From NCBI GenBank assembly GCA_015680685.1, contig MNCI01000952.1, positions 62,879 to 126,878 on the forward strand: DNA of 64,000 nt, written 5' to 3'. Source of the DNA: Gnetum montanum. Lineage: Eukaryota; Plantae; Gnetophyta. Numbering within the stretch: the first letter of the stretch is position 1; every line of letters starts with the position of its first letter. Both the position numbers and the translations under genes were made by a program. Under the pieces are notes generated by a model. The model ran no database searches. It was not told where the DNA came from and was given only the letters and a program-made list of their open reading frames with translations. Of the stretch, positions 53,101 through 64,000 are shown piece after piece.

Positions 53101-55123
53101 TTGGAAGGCCAAGGTGATAGCACTAATAATCAATACACCTACAAAACTACGAGGTAACTCTTGATGATGAAGTTGATGATGATGGAGAATTGGTACACTT
53201 TGCTTTCTTTGCAGATAGTGAACTTGTGACATTCTAGGAGGCAATTCAAGATCCTAAATGGGTGAATGTCAAGAATGAGGAGATCAAAGGAATTGAAAGA
53301 GACAATACGTGGGAACTCATTGACATCCCATGCAGTCACAAAGTAATTGATGTGAAGCTGATTTTCAAAACAAAGGTGAAGTCAAATGGTGAGGTGGAGA
53401 GACACAAAGCAAGATTGGTGGTAAAGAGATTTGAGCAAAGGCCTAGCTATGACTACCAAGAGGTTTTCTGTCATGTTACTCGAATTGAAACAATCAAACT
53501 TCTTATTGTGTTATTTGCCTAGAAGAAGTGGAAAATCCATCAAATGGATGTGATGTCAGCCTTTCTAAATGGCCCACTTGAAGAGGACATTTTTGTTAAG
53601 CAACCACCTGGATTCATGAAGCAAGGAAGTGAAGATTAGTTGTATCGATTGAAGAAAGCATTGTATGGTTTCAAACAAGTGCCACGAGTATGGAATAGGT
53701 GCATTGAATTTTTCTTCCATAAGGCTGGTTTCTAGAAGTGCCCATCTAAACATGCTTGATATGCAAAGATTAATGATTCTTGTTATATTTTGTTATTGTG
53801 TTTTTATGTTGATGATCTAATATTCACAAGTAGTAATCCCAGAATAATTGAAGATTTCAAGAAGTCCATGATGCATGAGTTCAAAATGACAGATCTTGGC
53901 CTCATGTCATATTTCCTTAGCATTGAAGTAGTTCAAAGAGAAGATGAGATTTTTATCTAACAAAAGAGGTATGCTACTGAACTCTTAAAGAAGTTTTGTA
54001 TGCAAGATTATAATCTTGTGAAAACTCTTGTGGAGGTTGGCACAAAATTGTCAAAGAATGGAGAAGGAGCACTTGTTGAAATTGTTGGGAGCTTGAGATA
54101 TCTCACATGCACAAGGCTGGACATCTCTTATGGTGTTGGTTTGATTAGTAGGTTTTTGGAATCTCCTCATCAACTTCATATGTAGGTGGCCAAAAGAATC
54201 ATGTGGTACCTAAAGGGCACTTATGATCATGGTTTATTCTATTCCTCATCTAATAATTGTGCTCTTATAGGATATTCTGACAGTGATTGGGGTAGAGATT
54301 TAGATGACTAGAAAAGCACTTTTGATTATTGTTTTAATTTTGGTGCTACAACTTGTTCATGGTCATCAACGAAGCAACCCATAGTTGCACTTTCAACTTG
54401 TGAAGCAGAATATGTAGTTGTATTTCCCAATGCATTGCAAGCAATATGGTTAGGCAATGTGATGAGCCAAATCCATGCTCCAATTAAGAGGCTAATGAAG
54501 ATCTTTGTTGACAATATTTCTACAATTGACTTGGCAAAGAATCTTGTCACACATGGAAGAAGTAAACACATTGACATACACTATAATTTTCTACGAGATC
54601 AAGTTAGAAAGAAAGCAATTGAGTTGGTGTATTGCAAGTCCAAAGATCAAGTGGCAGACATTCTCACCAAACTATTGAAGTATGATACCTTTGCCAAGTT
54701 AAAGTGTATGATCGGAATGACATGACAGTTTTTCCAAATAAGGATTAAGGGGGATGTTAGTTGTTAATCCTGATTTGGTTACAAGAATCAGTTTAAGTCT
54801 TTGTTAAGTCTGTTAGCTATTTTAATGGGATATCATCATGTAATCCAAGCCTTTGAGTTCTGTTAGTAGAAAAATCTGCACCTAAATAAAATATTTTCTC
54901 TTACTCATATCTGCTCTTGTTCTTGCACCTGTTATTTTTGTTTTTGCTTAATACTTTGTCACTCCCCCTGCTACTGCTTCTTCTTCCACTTCTTCTTGGT
55001 ATGAGTCGGCTCAGGCACTGCCTGTGCCTCCTCTTGCTCCTGGACACCAGCAAAGCATGTCTCCGCTTCCACCATCTCACGGAAGAAGAGGGCACTGAGA
55101 TCTTTTTCCTTCCTTTCAAGTTT
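50160..55123 (+). pseudogene. Copy B of the orphan ORF, disrupted by stops and the Copia insertion
   Basis: 50160-50491 plus 54962-55123 align to ~18684-19180. CAG-to-TAG stops near 50243 and 50408. Confidence 0.55.
50492..54961 (+). mobile_element. Full-length decayed Ty1/Copia retrotransposon
   Basis: LTRs 50492-50701 and 54755-54961, PBS ttgtatcaaagc (iMet, decayed), PPT ggattaagggggа region at ~54741-54754. Gag LDGKNY..W, protease FLDTGCTNHM, integrase (TPQHNGV, MARSML, LWGEAV), RT (KARLVV, YVDDL), RNase H (ALSTCEAEY, RSKHIDI, DQVADILTK). Many stops. Confidence 0.95.
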
Positions 55124-55904
55124 AGTCATTTTGTGTCTTAAAATGATGTTCTTCTTTGTTGCAACAGTTTGAATTTTGTTTCTTTTTGTAAATATCTCTG
55201 AAACACATATTTTCCTACCCGGTGATTGTGAATGGGATATTTTAAATTTTAAACCCAATAATCCAGTATTAAGGTTAGTGATTAGTAATCATGGGTAGCA
55301 TATTTTCATTTCTTGTCCGTGGCAGATTTGGTCTCTGCTGTCATGAAGATCCAAATCCAAAGCGTACTTTATAATTTTTAATAATTAAACTACTTTAAAA
55401 TTAGTTTAATAAATCTAGTTCAATTTTTAAATGTTGGCATAACAATCAAGAGTGTATTCACAGTGCCGTATTCTAGTTTCATTTCCCCCCTTCTTACCGA
55501 CATGCTATGAAGGATTACAAGAACAATTGTATTTTTTAAGGAACTGTTTTTTTAATAGGATAGAAACAGGGAATTTTACAGTGGGACCTCACAAATCAAG
55601 AAAAATTATATCAGAACAAAAAGAATTGCACATTTAAAAGCTTTACATACCACAGTTTCTGCTGGGAAGGAGCGCGATTCTATACAGATCAAGGGGAGAG
55701 TGTTTGCTGAAAACATAAAAGAATTGTAAGGTAATCGAATGCTGTAGCAAATAGGTTGAAACAAGAAGACCCATCCTTTGTTAGTAACAAATGAGCCCTC
55801 ACAAAACCTCTCTAATCTATCTATTGTTGATTTTTTCACAGAAAGAATATTGTATTTTCAGATATAGTTTAATATGAATCAAACCCATGACCTGCGTTAA
55901 CATG

Positions 55905-57946
55905 TGTTGATGTCAACCTCGCCCATGCTATGCACATAGGGTCATGATTAACAACCTCAATCTTCAACAAACTATTGATTGTGCGAAGAAAGAGAACACA
56001 ATTGATATCTACAATTAGCATTCTGTCAATTCAATACATACATTTAAAGAATTACAGACCATAACAATACTTCAATTGAATTAAGCATTTCAAATGAGTC
56101 TAAGAAAAAAGGAACTCAACAATAGCATTGCCTTATTCTCTGTAAACAATATTTAACCCTAGGCTGCCATCTGCACTCTCCTATTTCTAGCAGTTGTGTG
56201 TGCTATTCTTTGTAACAACATTTGCAATATTGGGCTGGCACCTGCATTGCATCAAGGAGTGTTGGTCTCTCTAAATATTAATTTACTAAATGCCTGATTT
56301 ATTAGAAAAACCATTTTTGAATTTAGTTTCTTGTATATTATTCAAATTAAGATCACTGTGAGACGAAAATACCTCTTCCACCTATTTTTGATCATCTAAT
56401 CTATTAGCCGAGAAAAATTGCTTTGACGTCTTTTTCTTGCAGTAACTGACAGCGGACACGAATTGTCGGTGGCAGGCATTACGTAGTAAAGGTGGACATG
56501 GGTGTTGCAGGCAGGGCGCATAGGACGTGGTGGTAACCGACACCAAACGTGGGGAGGTGGTGCGGGCGTTACCTGAAAAACGTGACACTGCAACCGGTGC
56601 GCGGCAGAGACGCGGCTACAAAGGTGGTGGTGGGGTGGGGCATCTCAGGGGGTGGAGCCGCCTTTCTCTCCTGCAGATGAGATCCAGCTACCATTGCCAT
56701 TGGCCTTTTCCTTCTCTCCAGCGACGTTGCAGTTCCGTAGGCGGAATCTGCAGAGTGACGGTTCGGCAGCAACGTGTGGCACCTCAGACGGGCTATCACA
56801 TGCATGCACACGCACAGATAGTGGCACGTCAGCTGCAGCAGGGGCGTGGCGGTCTATGGCAGGCTTCCCCAGCAACTGCGGCTGTCTCTTTTCTCCCTCC
56901 TACTCCTACTCCTACTCCTACTCCTACTCCATGAGTGATCTGATCTGCATAGCTAGCAGTAGCAGACCATGGACGGCAGTTAGGCGGACGTGCACAGCAC
57001 ACGCAGCGGACAGCACGCATGTGTACCAAGCGGGGGCAGCCATGCCATCGAGGAGCCTCTCTCCACGGTTAGAGGAAACGTGAGCAAACGGCAGTCTCTC
57101 TCTTTCTCTTGACTGACTGTCAGCAGTAGTAGGACTGGGTTCTCTCTCTTCTCTTTGTCTGTGACTGACGAAGGGGTTGGGTCTCCCTTCTCTTAGCGAT
57201 CAGCAACAGGCGGCCTGTTTCGGCAGCAGCGTTCAGCATGGCAGCGTACGTGGCAGACATAGATGCATGTTACGTCAGCAGCGGTGCATGACAGCAGCAA
57301 GTGACCTCCCAACACAGTACATCTTTTTCTCTCCACTACAGCCCAGCACGGACGCATCATCCGCAATGCCTTGGCAGTAGCGTCATTATTGACACAGTGA
57401 TGTTGTGGTGACTGCAGGATTCTCTTTTTCGTTGCAATTTCTTTGGCAATGGTGAAGCTACAATAGGTGGCATCCTTTGGTTTTCTGCCACTAATGACAA
57501 GTTGCATCGTAGGCCTCCTTTGGTTTTCTGCCACTAATGACAAGTTGCATAGTAGGCAACGATGAGGCACGTTGCATAGTAGGCAACGATGAGGCACGTG
57601 ATGGTGGAAAATCAAACAGATCTCTCTCTCCTTCTCCCTGATGGTTACAAGCAGCATGATCTAACAATGGTGGGGACCACGGAAAATTTATTCATTAGTT
57701 ACCTATTGTAGTTTTGAATTTCAAGAACAGTTCATTTTTAGTTACCTATTATAGTCTTGAAATTTCAAAAGCACTTTTTCAAATTTCTTGATTTTCCAAT
57801 TTGATTTACTGTTTTAAAGGGTCACATAGCCCTCTTCAGCGAGACTATTCCAGGTTTTTGTGCCCATACAGAAAGTGGCCCAAGAAATAGTCTCATCAAA
57901 CAAATTTTTTTTTGGTATTAGTGCATCCAAAATTTATGCATCAACA
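55905..57946. mobile_element. 2.04-kb solo-LTR-like insertion with a GC/CpG-rich core
   Basis: Inverted ends TGTTGATG..CATCAACA, perfect TSD ACATG, empty site near 19922-19926. Confidence 0.85.
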
Positions 57947-58010
57947 ACATGGAAACGCACTAATAAATAAGGAGGAAACACATATTCGTAATTGTTGTAC
58001 ATGCTCCAAA

Positions 58011-58209
58011 TTCTAAACCAGCTTTGCTCAAAGATTTGTTAGTTTGATGTATAATGAGAATTCTAAACCAGCTTTGCTCAAAGATTTGTTAGTTTGATGT
58101 ATAATGAGAATTCTAAACCAGCTTTGCTCAAAGATTTGTTAGTTTGATGTATAATGAGAATTCTAAACCAGCTTTGCTCAAAGATTTGTTAGTTTGATGT
58201 ATAATGAGA
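58011..58209. repeat. Perfect 50-bp tandem repeat, four copies
   Basis: Unit ttctaaaccagctttgctcaaagatttgttagtttgatgtataatgagaa. Single copy in duplicate A at ~19986-20034. Confidence 0.95.
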
Positions 58210-58583
58210 TTTTTTAGATGCCTTCTCGTGTAAACCATAAATGTTATTTAATCTTCGGGACTTGCATATCGCCATTAATAACTAAACATTTCTGATGTTA
58301 TGGATCAACTATCAAGCCACAAAAACAAGATTGTATACAATGCTAATCATACTTGAATTTACAGACCTAGATCTATTTCCAGGGACTTATTAAGCATCGA
58401 CCAGGTTTAGCATAAAATAACATTAGGTAAGAGGATTATTAACCATCGACCAGGTTCAGCCTAAAATAACATTAGGTAACAGATCGACTTATTTAGCTAA
58501 GATAAGGGCATTACTGACTGGCTTTATTCTTATCCCGACAGAAGAGAGCCATATGCTCTTGTGTAATTGTATGGCATAAATTT

Positions 58584-59474
58584 TCAGCAGCGGAGGTTGG
58601 AGCCAGGATCAACGCCTAACCACGAACAGAATTTCTTGTAATAATTGACACGATCTGTAACAGCAGCGGAGTTTCCACCGTTGCATTCACCACCGTTGAT
58701 GTATCGGATAGTCTGTCCGAATCCATGTCCTGAAGTGATTGCGTTATGGCATCTGCTATTCACCATCCAAAACCACAGTGCAGTCTTCCACGACACCACT
58801 CCATTTGTGGCCACAATATTCGGATTCTTCAGCAAGCCCAAGTTAAAGTAATCTCCTGCCGCCCCGTAGTTATAATTCCTACATCAACTCAAACAAACAA
58901 TATGCCATTTACTTGTAATTTTTTTCGCAATTGTTAAAGAACACACACAAACTTTTATTAATGAATTACCATGTGAGTTGGAGGGGTCCTCTACCATAGT
59001 ACTTAACGCCATTGGCGCAGGGATACTTCGTGCTAGACTGACAGTAAGTTCCCCGGTTAATCTCTCTTATATAGCACAAGCCTGAGATCAAGTTTAAAAA
59101 CCAACATCAAACTAAATTCGAATGAATATAGAAATTAGAAGATGAGTGTGATAACAATTTAATTTCTACAGATCGTTTCAGTAGTTACTGCCAGTCTCAT
59201 GGGCAACGTTGGCAAAGAAGGCAGCGACTTCCCGTTTCCTGATGGCAAGAGATCCGGTGTTGGCAAACCCTGAAAAGGCATTGGCGGCTTGCACAAAATC
59301 AGCGTACTTGTAGAAGCTCTTGCCTGCACAACCGGCAGACGCTCCTGACAGGATTCTATCAAAGAAGCTCTGTGGAGGCCGGTATCCTTCAACATTTTGA
59401 ATATACACCACTGCCAATACCAAGACAATGGCCAACGATAATATCTTGACTCTACCCATGCTGCAATTCGCCAT
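58584..59474 (-). CDS. Secreted loop-less GH19 chitinase, paralog 2 (exons 59474-59189, 59081-58970, 58878-58584; 230 aa)
   Basis: Same 286/112/295-nt exon structure as paralog 1. Canonical motifs [44 protein letters not shown]. Confidence 0.96.
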
Positions 59475-59522
59475 TTCTCTTCCTCTTCAAATTCTGTTGT
59501 AGAAACCTACTTGGGCACCAAC

Positions 59523-59530
59523 TATTTATA
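59523..59530 (-). promoter_or_regulatory. TATA box of chitinase 2
   Basis: CTATAAATAG about 50 bp upstream of the ATG. Confidence 0.65.
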
Positions 59531-59879
59531 GCGATAGGTTCAGTCTGGAAGGTGTTATTTATCCAATTGCATCGCCATTTGCTTGGCAGACTGGATGTTC
59601 TCGTTTGATTAATTCGTTACCGTAAATGATCCATAGGATATTAAAAAGCTTTTGCTCATTTAGTTGCCTTGATCCTTAAGGATCTCTAAAATCCCGCGAA
59701 ATTTGTGCCTACGCTACAAAAATTTATTCTGGAAAAGGTTTTTTCAAAATTACCGAGCGCATGATGGGCCACGGCGTATCTGTTTTCCACATGTTGACTT
59801 GAAAACGATTTTTATTAAAGTAAACAGCCACTGATAGACGACGGTGTTGCTACTTTTCTCATGTTAGTTTGAGAATTTA

Positions 59880-60250
59880 AAATGATTCCGTGAAGGCCTG
59901 TTTGGACGCATTGAAACGCTACCATTTCCGTGAAACGTACGCAGCGGGAATTGACCATGAAAGATTCCTGCGTTATCTATGGCGGTTACCCGTGCTACGT
60001 TTTCGTGAAATGCGCATTTCGAAAGATTCTCGGCGTTTTCTATGACGGTTACCGTGCTACGTTTTCATGAAACCTGCAGTTCGGTGATTCCAGACTTGTT
60101 TGAACGCATTGAAAGGGTACCGTTTCCGATGCTTGTTTGGACGCATTGAAAGACTACCGTTTCCATAAAACGTGCACAGAGGGAATTGATTCTTCGCGTT
60201 TTCTATGGTGGTTGCCATGCTATGTTTCCGTGAACCGCGCAGTTCGGCGA
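59880..60250. repeat. CpG-rich modular repeat array in the upstream region of chitinase 2
   Basis: Three copies of tgtttggacgcattgaaa..taccgtttcc and three of gattc..gcgtt.tctatgg.ggtt.cc.tgctacgttt.cgtgaa. Confidence 0.7.
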
Positions 60251-60829
60251 GGAGCGAACTACTAGATGATTTACTATACCCAACATAGGGCCATGCCTGT
60301 CAAAATGGACGTCTGATGACTTTTTTGTTGGTTGGGTGGGCGTTCGTTATCGTCGTCCTTTCTATCATCATTATCATAGGTACTTTTTAGGCCTGTATAA
60401 ATTTTGTGAAGCCACTTTATTTTGGATATTTATTGAAATATTATAATTAGATTGTTTATCTTGAGAGCATTAATTTCATTCTATAATTTTTTTCATATTC
60501 TAAAAACTTTAAGGAATTCAATGATTAATAGGGATCTATTTAGAATTAATTCTAGCATTAAAGTCACCACATGTAAATTAAAGAAAAAAGATTTTTGTTG
60601 TAATATTTTCAACCAAATATATTGACTATATTCATCTACCTTTTCTATTTGAACTTATGAAGAGAATTTCGAATCAAAATAGCCACAATCTACATTTTTT
60701 TTTGGTAAGGAAAATATAAAATAAAAATGTTTAGAACAAAAACTTCTAGAGAATCTTCATTTTCCTATATCTTAGCAAATACCAAAAATGTCAAATTTAT
60801 TAAAGAGAGTATAGTATATAACACCTTCA

Positions 60830-61128
60830 TTTTGCTGCTACCAACTCATCAATGTTTAAAATTCCATAATGTAGATATTTTATAATTTTTGTGAAGTTTT
60901 TTAAATATTTAGTTTTGGCAATTACTACATTTTCTCTTGCATTCAAAAATGCTACAAAACCTTTTGATCTTACTTCTTTCACTTTCCTCCATTCAACAAA
61001 TATTTTTGCAAGTTTCCTTTTCATGAGATCTTCATTGATCCAAACTTTATAACCCTTTAAATGACTATGATGTTCCCAAACTTTGGATTTATTATCTATG
61101 TTATAAAATATGATAACAATTTGCCTAG
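60830..61128 (-). mobile_element. LINE ORF1 fragment (same type as 12122-13086)
   Basis: LKGYKVWINEDL..EWRKVKE..KGFVAF; interrupted by the solo LTR at 61129. Confidence 0.6.
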
Positions 61129-62037
61129 TGATGAGTGGCAAAGTACCCCTACACTAGTTGTGGCACTAGATAGTTAACCTTAGGTCGCAGTTCGCTGTCT
61201 TCCCACCTGGACTAGTATTGCATTTGTCACGTATGGTTTAGTCCAGAGTGAGGTGTATGATGTGTTCTGAATCTATGCTACTCTTGAAGGCAGTGGAAAA
61301 TAATATTTAACTAAGCTAAGCTAGGAGGAAAAGAATAAGAAAATCTAATCTAGCCTAAGTGCGACGAGCAACCGATTCTTTGATCAACTGTACACATCTT
61401 GGACTTCATGCACGACTACCACTGGGACTACCAAGTATAGATCCTAGGTACGCCACTGGGATTACCAAGCGCAGATCCCAAATACGCGACTGGGTTACCA
61501 AGCGTAGATCCTAGCTAAACCACTGGGCTACCAAGCAGTCACACTTAAATGCTTGTAATCAAGTCGTACTCATTCTGCATTCTAGGAGTTTAAGGGTGAG
61601 AGAGAGAAAACAATAAATAACATTAAATAAATAAACAGATAAATAAATAACAAAGTGAATGCTACAATGATGAAGTAATCTCGATCCTTATTGCTAGTCA
61701 TGTGCGTGTCCAAGTACGGCACACTCGAATAAAGACACTGTACAATTACATTCACCACACTGTGGGCAGACATGGGAAAAAATCTAACTCTGGAGGGATC
61801 AAACTGCCAGAGCTTCGCTACTCTAAAACTGCGATGTCAAATGAGGGAGAGTAGCCTCTTATTTATAGAAATTGCGGTTGACTGTGATATCGCGTACGCG
61901 ATATCGTGGGTAGATGAGATATCACGTACGCGATATCGCGGCCCATGATATATCACATACGCGATATCGCGACCCATGATATAACGTGGGTGCCTTAACG
62001 TGACCGCCAGTAATATGAGCAATTTCATGTCTCATCA
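61129..62037 (-). mobile_element. Solo LTR, Athila-like family
   Basis: TGATGAGT..CTCATCA ends, perfect TSD CCTAG, intact gcgatatcgc array at 61885-61975. Confidence 0.93.
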
Positions 62038-62159
62038 CCTAGTTTCACCATTTTGTAAAAGATGTATCAAATTGTGAAATTCCAAATATAACCAAATTTT
62101 TTAAAAATAAAATCAATTATATTTGAGATATTAGGAGATTGCTTACTTAAGCATGTTAG

Positions 62160-62320
62160 AACAACCCCTACCCACATAGCAGGGTAGGTGTGACCCATGA
62201 ACAAGAAAGGTTCCACCACAAGGCTACTCTATTATTACGACACCTAGAAGCATAGGCAAGAATCAAAGCCACAATCTTTCAATTGAGAGTTGTGGGTCCT
62301 AACCACTTGCCCTACACCCC
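62160..62320 (-). mobile_element. tRNA-derived SINE
   Basis: Minus-strand head gggggtgtaggcaagtggttagg..ctctcaa..gctttgattc (A/B-box-like). Body similar to 14725-14832 and 43715-43820. Confidence 0.5.
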
Positions 62321-62610
62321 CAGGTGCAAGTTATAAAATTCTAATTTGTCTATATGTTTTGGGATTAATTATTAAAAAATGTTAGAACATAGCCATTGCA
62401 TTTGGTTTTTCTAAAATTCCATCTCTTTCCCCCAGCCCACCCTTCAAATGCTTGATTTTTAGCTCAAGCATGGATGTTGAAAGTGATATAAATGTTATTA
62501 AGATTGGAATTATGTTTCCTACTAATAAATAATTTTCTCTCTTGATTTTGCAAAGCATTGATTTGAAGGTTGAATAACTCTAGTTGTTGGACCTTCTTAT
62601 CTACAACTGT

Positions 62611-64000
62611 TGATGAGTGGCAAGGTACCCCTACACTCAACCATACGAAACGAGCGTAGCACGCATGATCCGGTCGAACTCCTCAGACTAAATGCCTACA
62701 CGCCCCATGGAACACTTGGGGTTAATCATTCGTTGTCTTCCCAGACTTGTAGTTGTCATGGTGTTTGGTTAAGTAAGTCCGAGGTATATGATTTTTATGG
62801 TCTTTTATGGTTTTTCTCCTATGCTATCAAGGTGAAGGGTTAAGAGAGCTAACTAACTCTAACTAAGGACTAAGTCTAAATTAACTAGCGTCAGCATCCA
62901 TTCCCACTTACCATACACACCCTAAACTATGCAACTATGGCTACCAAACGCTAATCGTTATTGGGATCACCACACGTAACGCACGTGCTCGAAGTGGTCG
63001 TACTAAGGCACTTAACTAGCCTAGACGTGATGTGCAGCCGATTCCTTGACTAGCTATACACATCCGTAGATGCACGTAATCAAGTCGTACTCATCCCACA
63101 TTCTAGGATTTGAGGGTGAGAGAGACTAATCACGATGAGCTGCTGATTCCTTGATTAGCCGTACACATTCGTCAATGCTCATAATCAAGTCGTACTCATG
63201 CCGCACTAATGCAGGTAATAAATAATAGGTAAGAAATAACATGTAATAAACCTATTCCATGCATAGCAAGGTTTATCCACAAAGCTCGTCTTTATTGCTG
63301 TACACAACTTGCGTTCAGGTACAAAGCTGCTTGAATAAAGATTCGTTCACTTGGGGACTCCTACTGCGAGCACATGGAAAATATTCTATCTCTGGAGTGA
63401 TCAAATTGCCAGAGTTTCCCTACTTTAAGGCTAGGATGGGAAATAAGGGGAGTGCCGCCTCTTATTTATAGATTTGGCGACGGACCGCGATATCGCGTAC
63501 GCAATATTGTAGGGGATGACGCGATATCGCATGGGATGCGATATCGCGGCTTATGCGAATCGTGTCCCATCATACCCCCATGACTGAATGAAAACTCATC
63601 CTCGAGTTCCTTACAATAATATCGGGAAGGTATGGAATTATTGAGGGGAAGGGAACTAATGGGATGACATGTGAACAGATCATTATTACAAGACTTGACA
63701 AAACTGGTGTTCATGACAACAAGGGTGAACACCTTATTACAATGACATCAGGCCTTAGTTGGCAGCTGAGAAAGGGAGAGAAAAAAAAGTGTTGCTGCTG
63801 CCACAGCCCGGATTGTGCCTTTGTTGTCCATCCATAAGTGCGCCATCGATCTTGCTCCTTACATAGCTGCTTCTAGCACGGCTCCACTCCAAGTGTTTGC
63901 TCCAGATCTAATCCGTTGTTTGTATGATCACCATTTGCACACACAACACAATCTTAATTAGCAAGGGCAAATGAATCATCATGTAATTGATACCTTGCTT
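62611..64000 (-). mobile_element. 3' LTR (62611-63572), PPT and internal 3' region of a younger Athila-like element running off the window
   Basis: TGATGAGT..CCCATCA ends; adjacent tacccccatgac is the reverse of the PPT seen at 38784-38795. Confidence 0.88.

Larger units (their letters stand above)
39790..59727 (+). repeat. Segmental duplication, copy B (expanded by five LTR-type insertions)
   Basis: Collinear with 9885-21498 once the inserts at 43031, 46127, 47937, 50492 and 55905 are removed. Confidence 0.9.

Noticed and set aside
56382-57657. Many overlapping ORFs in the GC-rich island
   Set aside because: Expected from high GC and simple repeats; no recognisable domains.
58011-58209. 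CRISPR-like array
   Set aside because: Head-to-tail units without unique spacers, in a eukaryotic context.

Overview
Eukaryotic, repeat-rich land-plant genomic DNA (probably a non-seed plant; inferred from an RTE-X-type LINE and loop-less GH19 chitinases). It is AT-rich, with CG/CHG-decayed transposons and several assembly gaps. The only clearly intact host genes are two paralogous three-exon secreted GH19 chitinases on the minus strand (20356-21247 and 58584-59474, 230 aa each). They lie at the right ends of two copies of an old direct segmental duplication (copy A ~9885-21498, copy B ~39790-59727). Since the duplication, copy B has gained five LTR-type insertions and copy A one, all with empty sites visible in the sister copy. 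The rest is nested retroelements: Athila-like Gypsy elements (tRNA-Asp PBS, gag, no pol, spliced accessory ORF behind an internal TATA), their solo LTRs with GCGATATCGC palindrome arrays, a decayed full-length Copia, RTE-X and RTE LINE fragments, and tRNA-derived SINE heads. Highlights: (1) chitinase 1 keeps both catalytic glutamates but has lost several aromatic cleft residues (QLTWNYNY to QLTGNVNY). (2) The pol-less Athila elements carry an accessory gene whose internal promoter reuses the LTR palindrome. (3) One duplicate shows a fossil imprint of methylation spreading onto host-like sequence.
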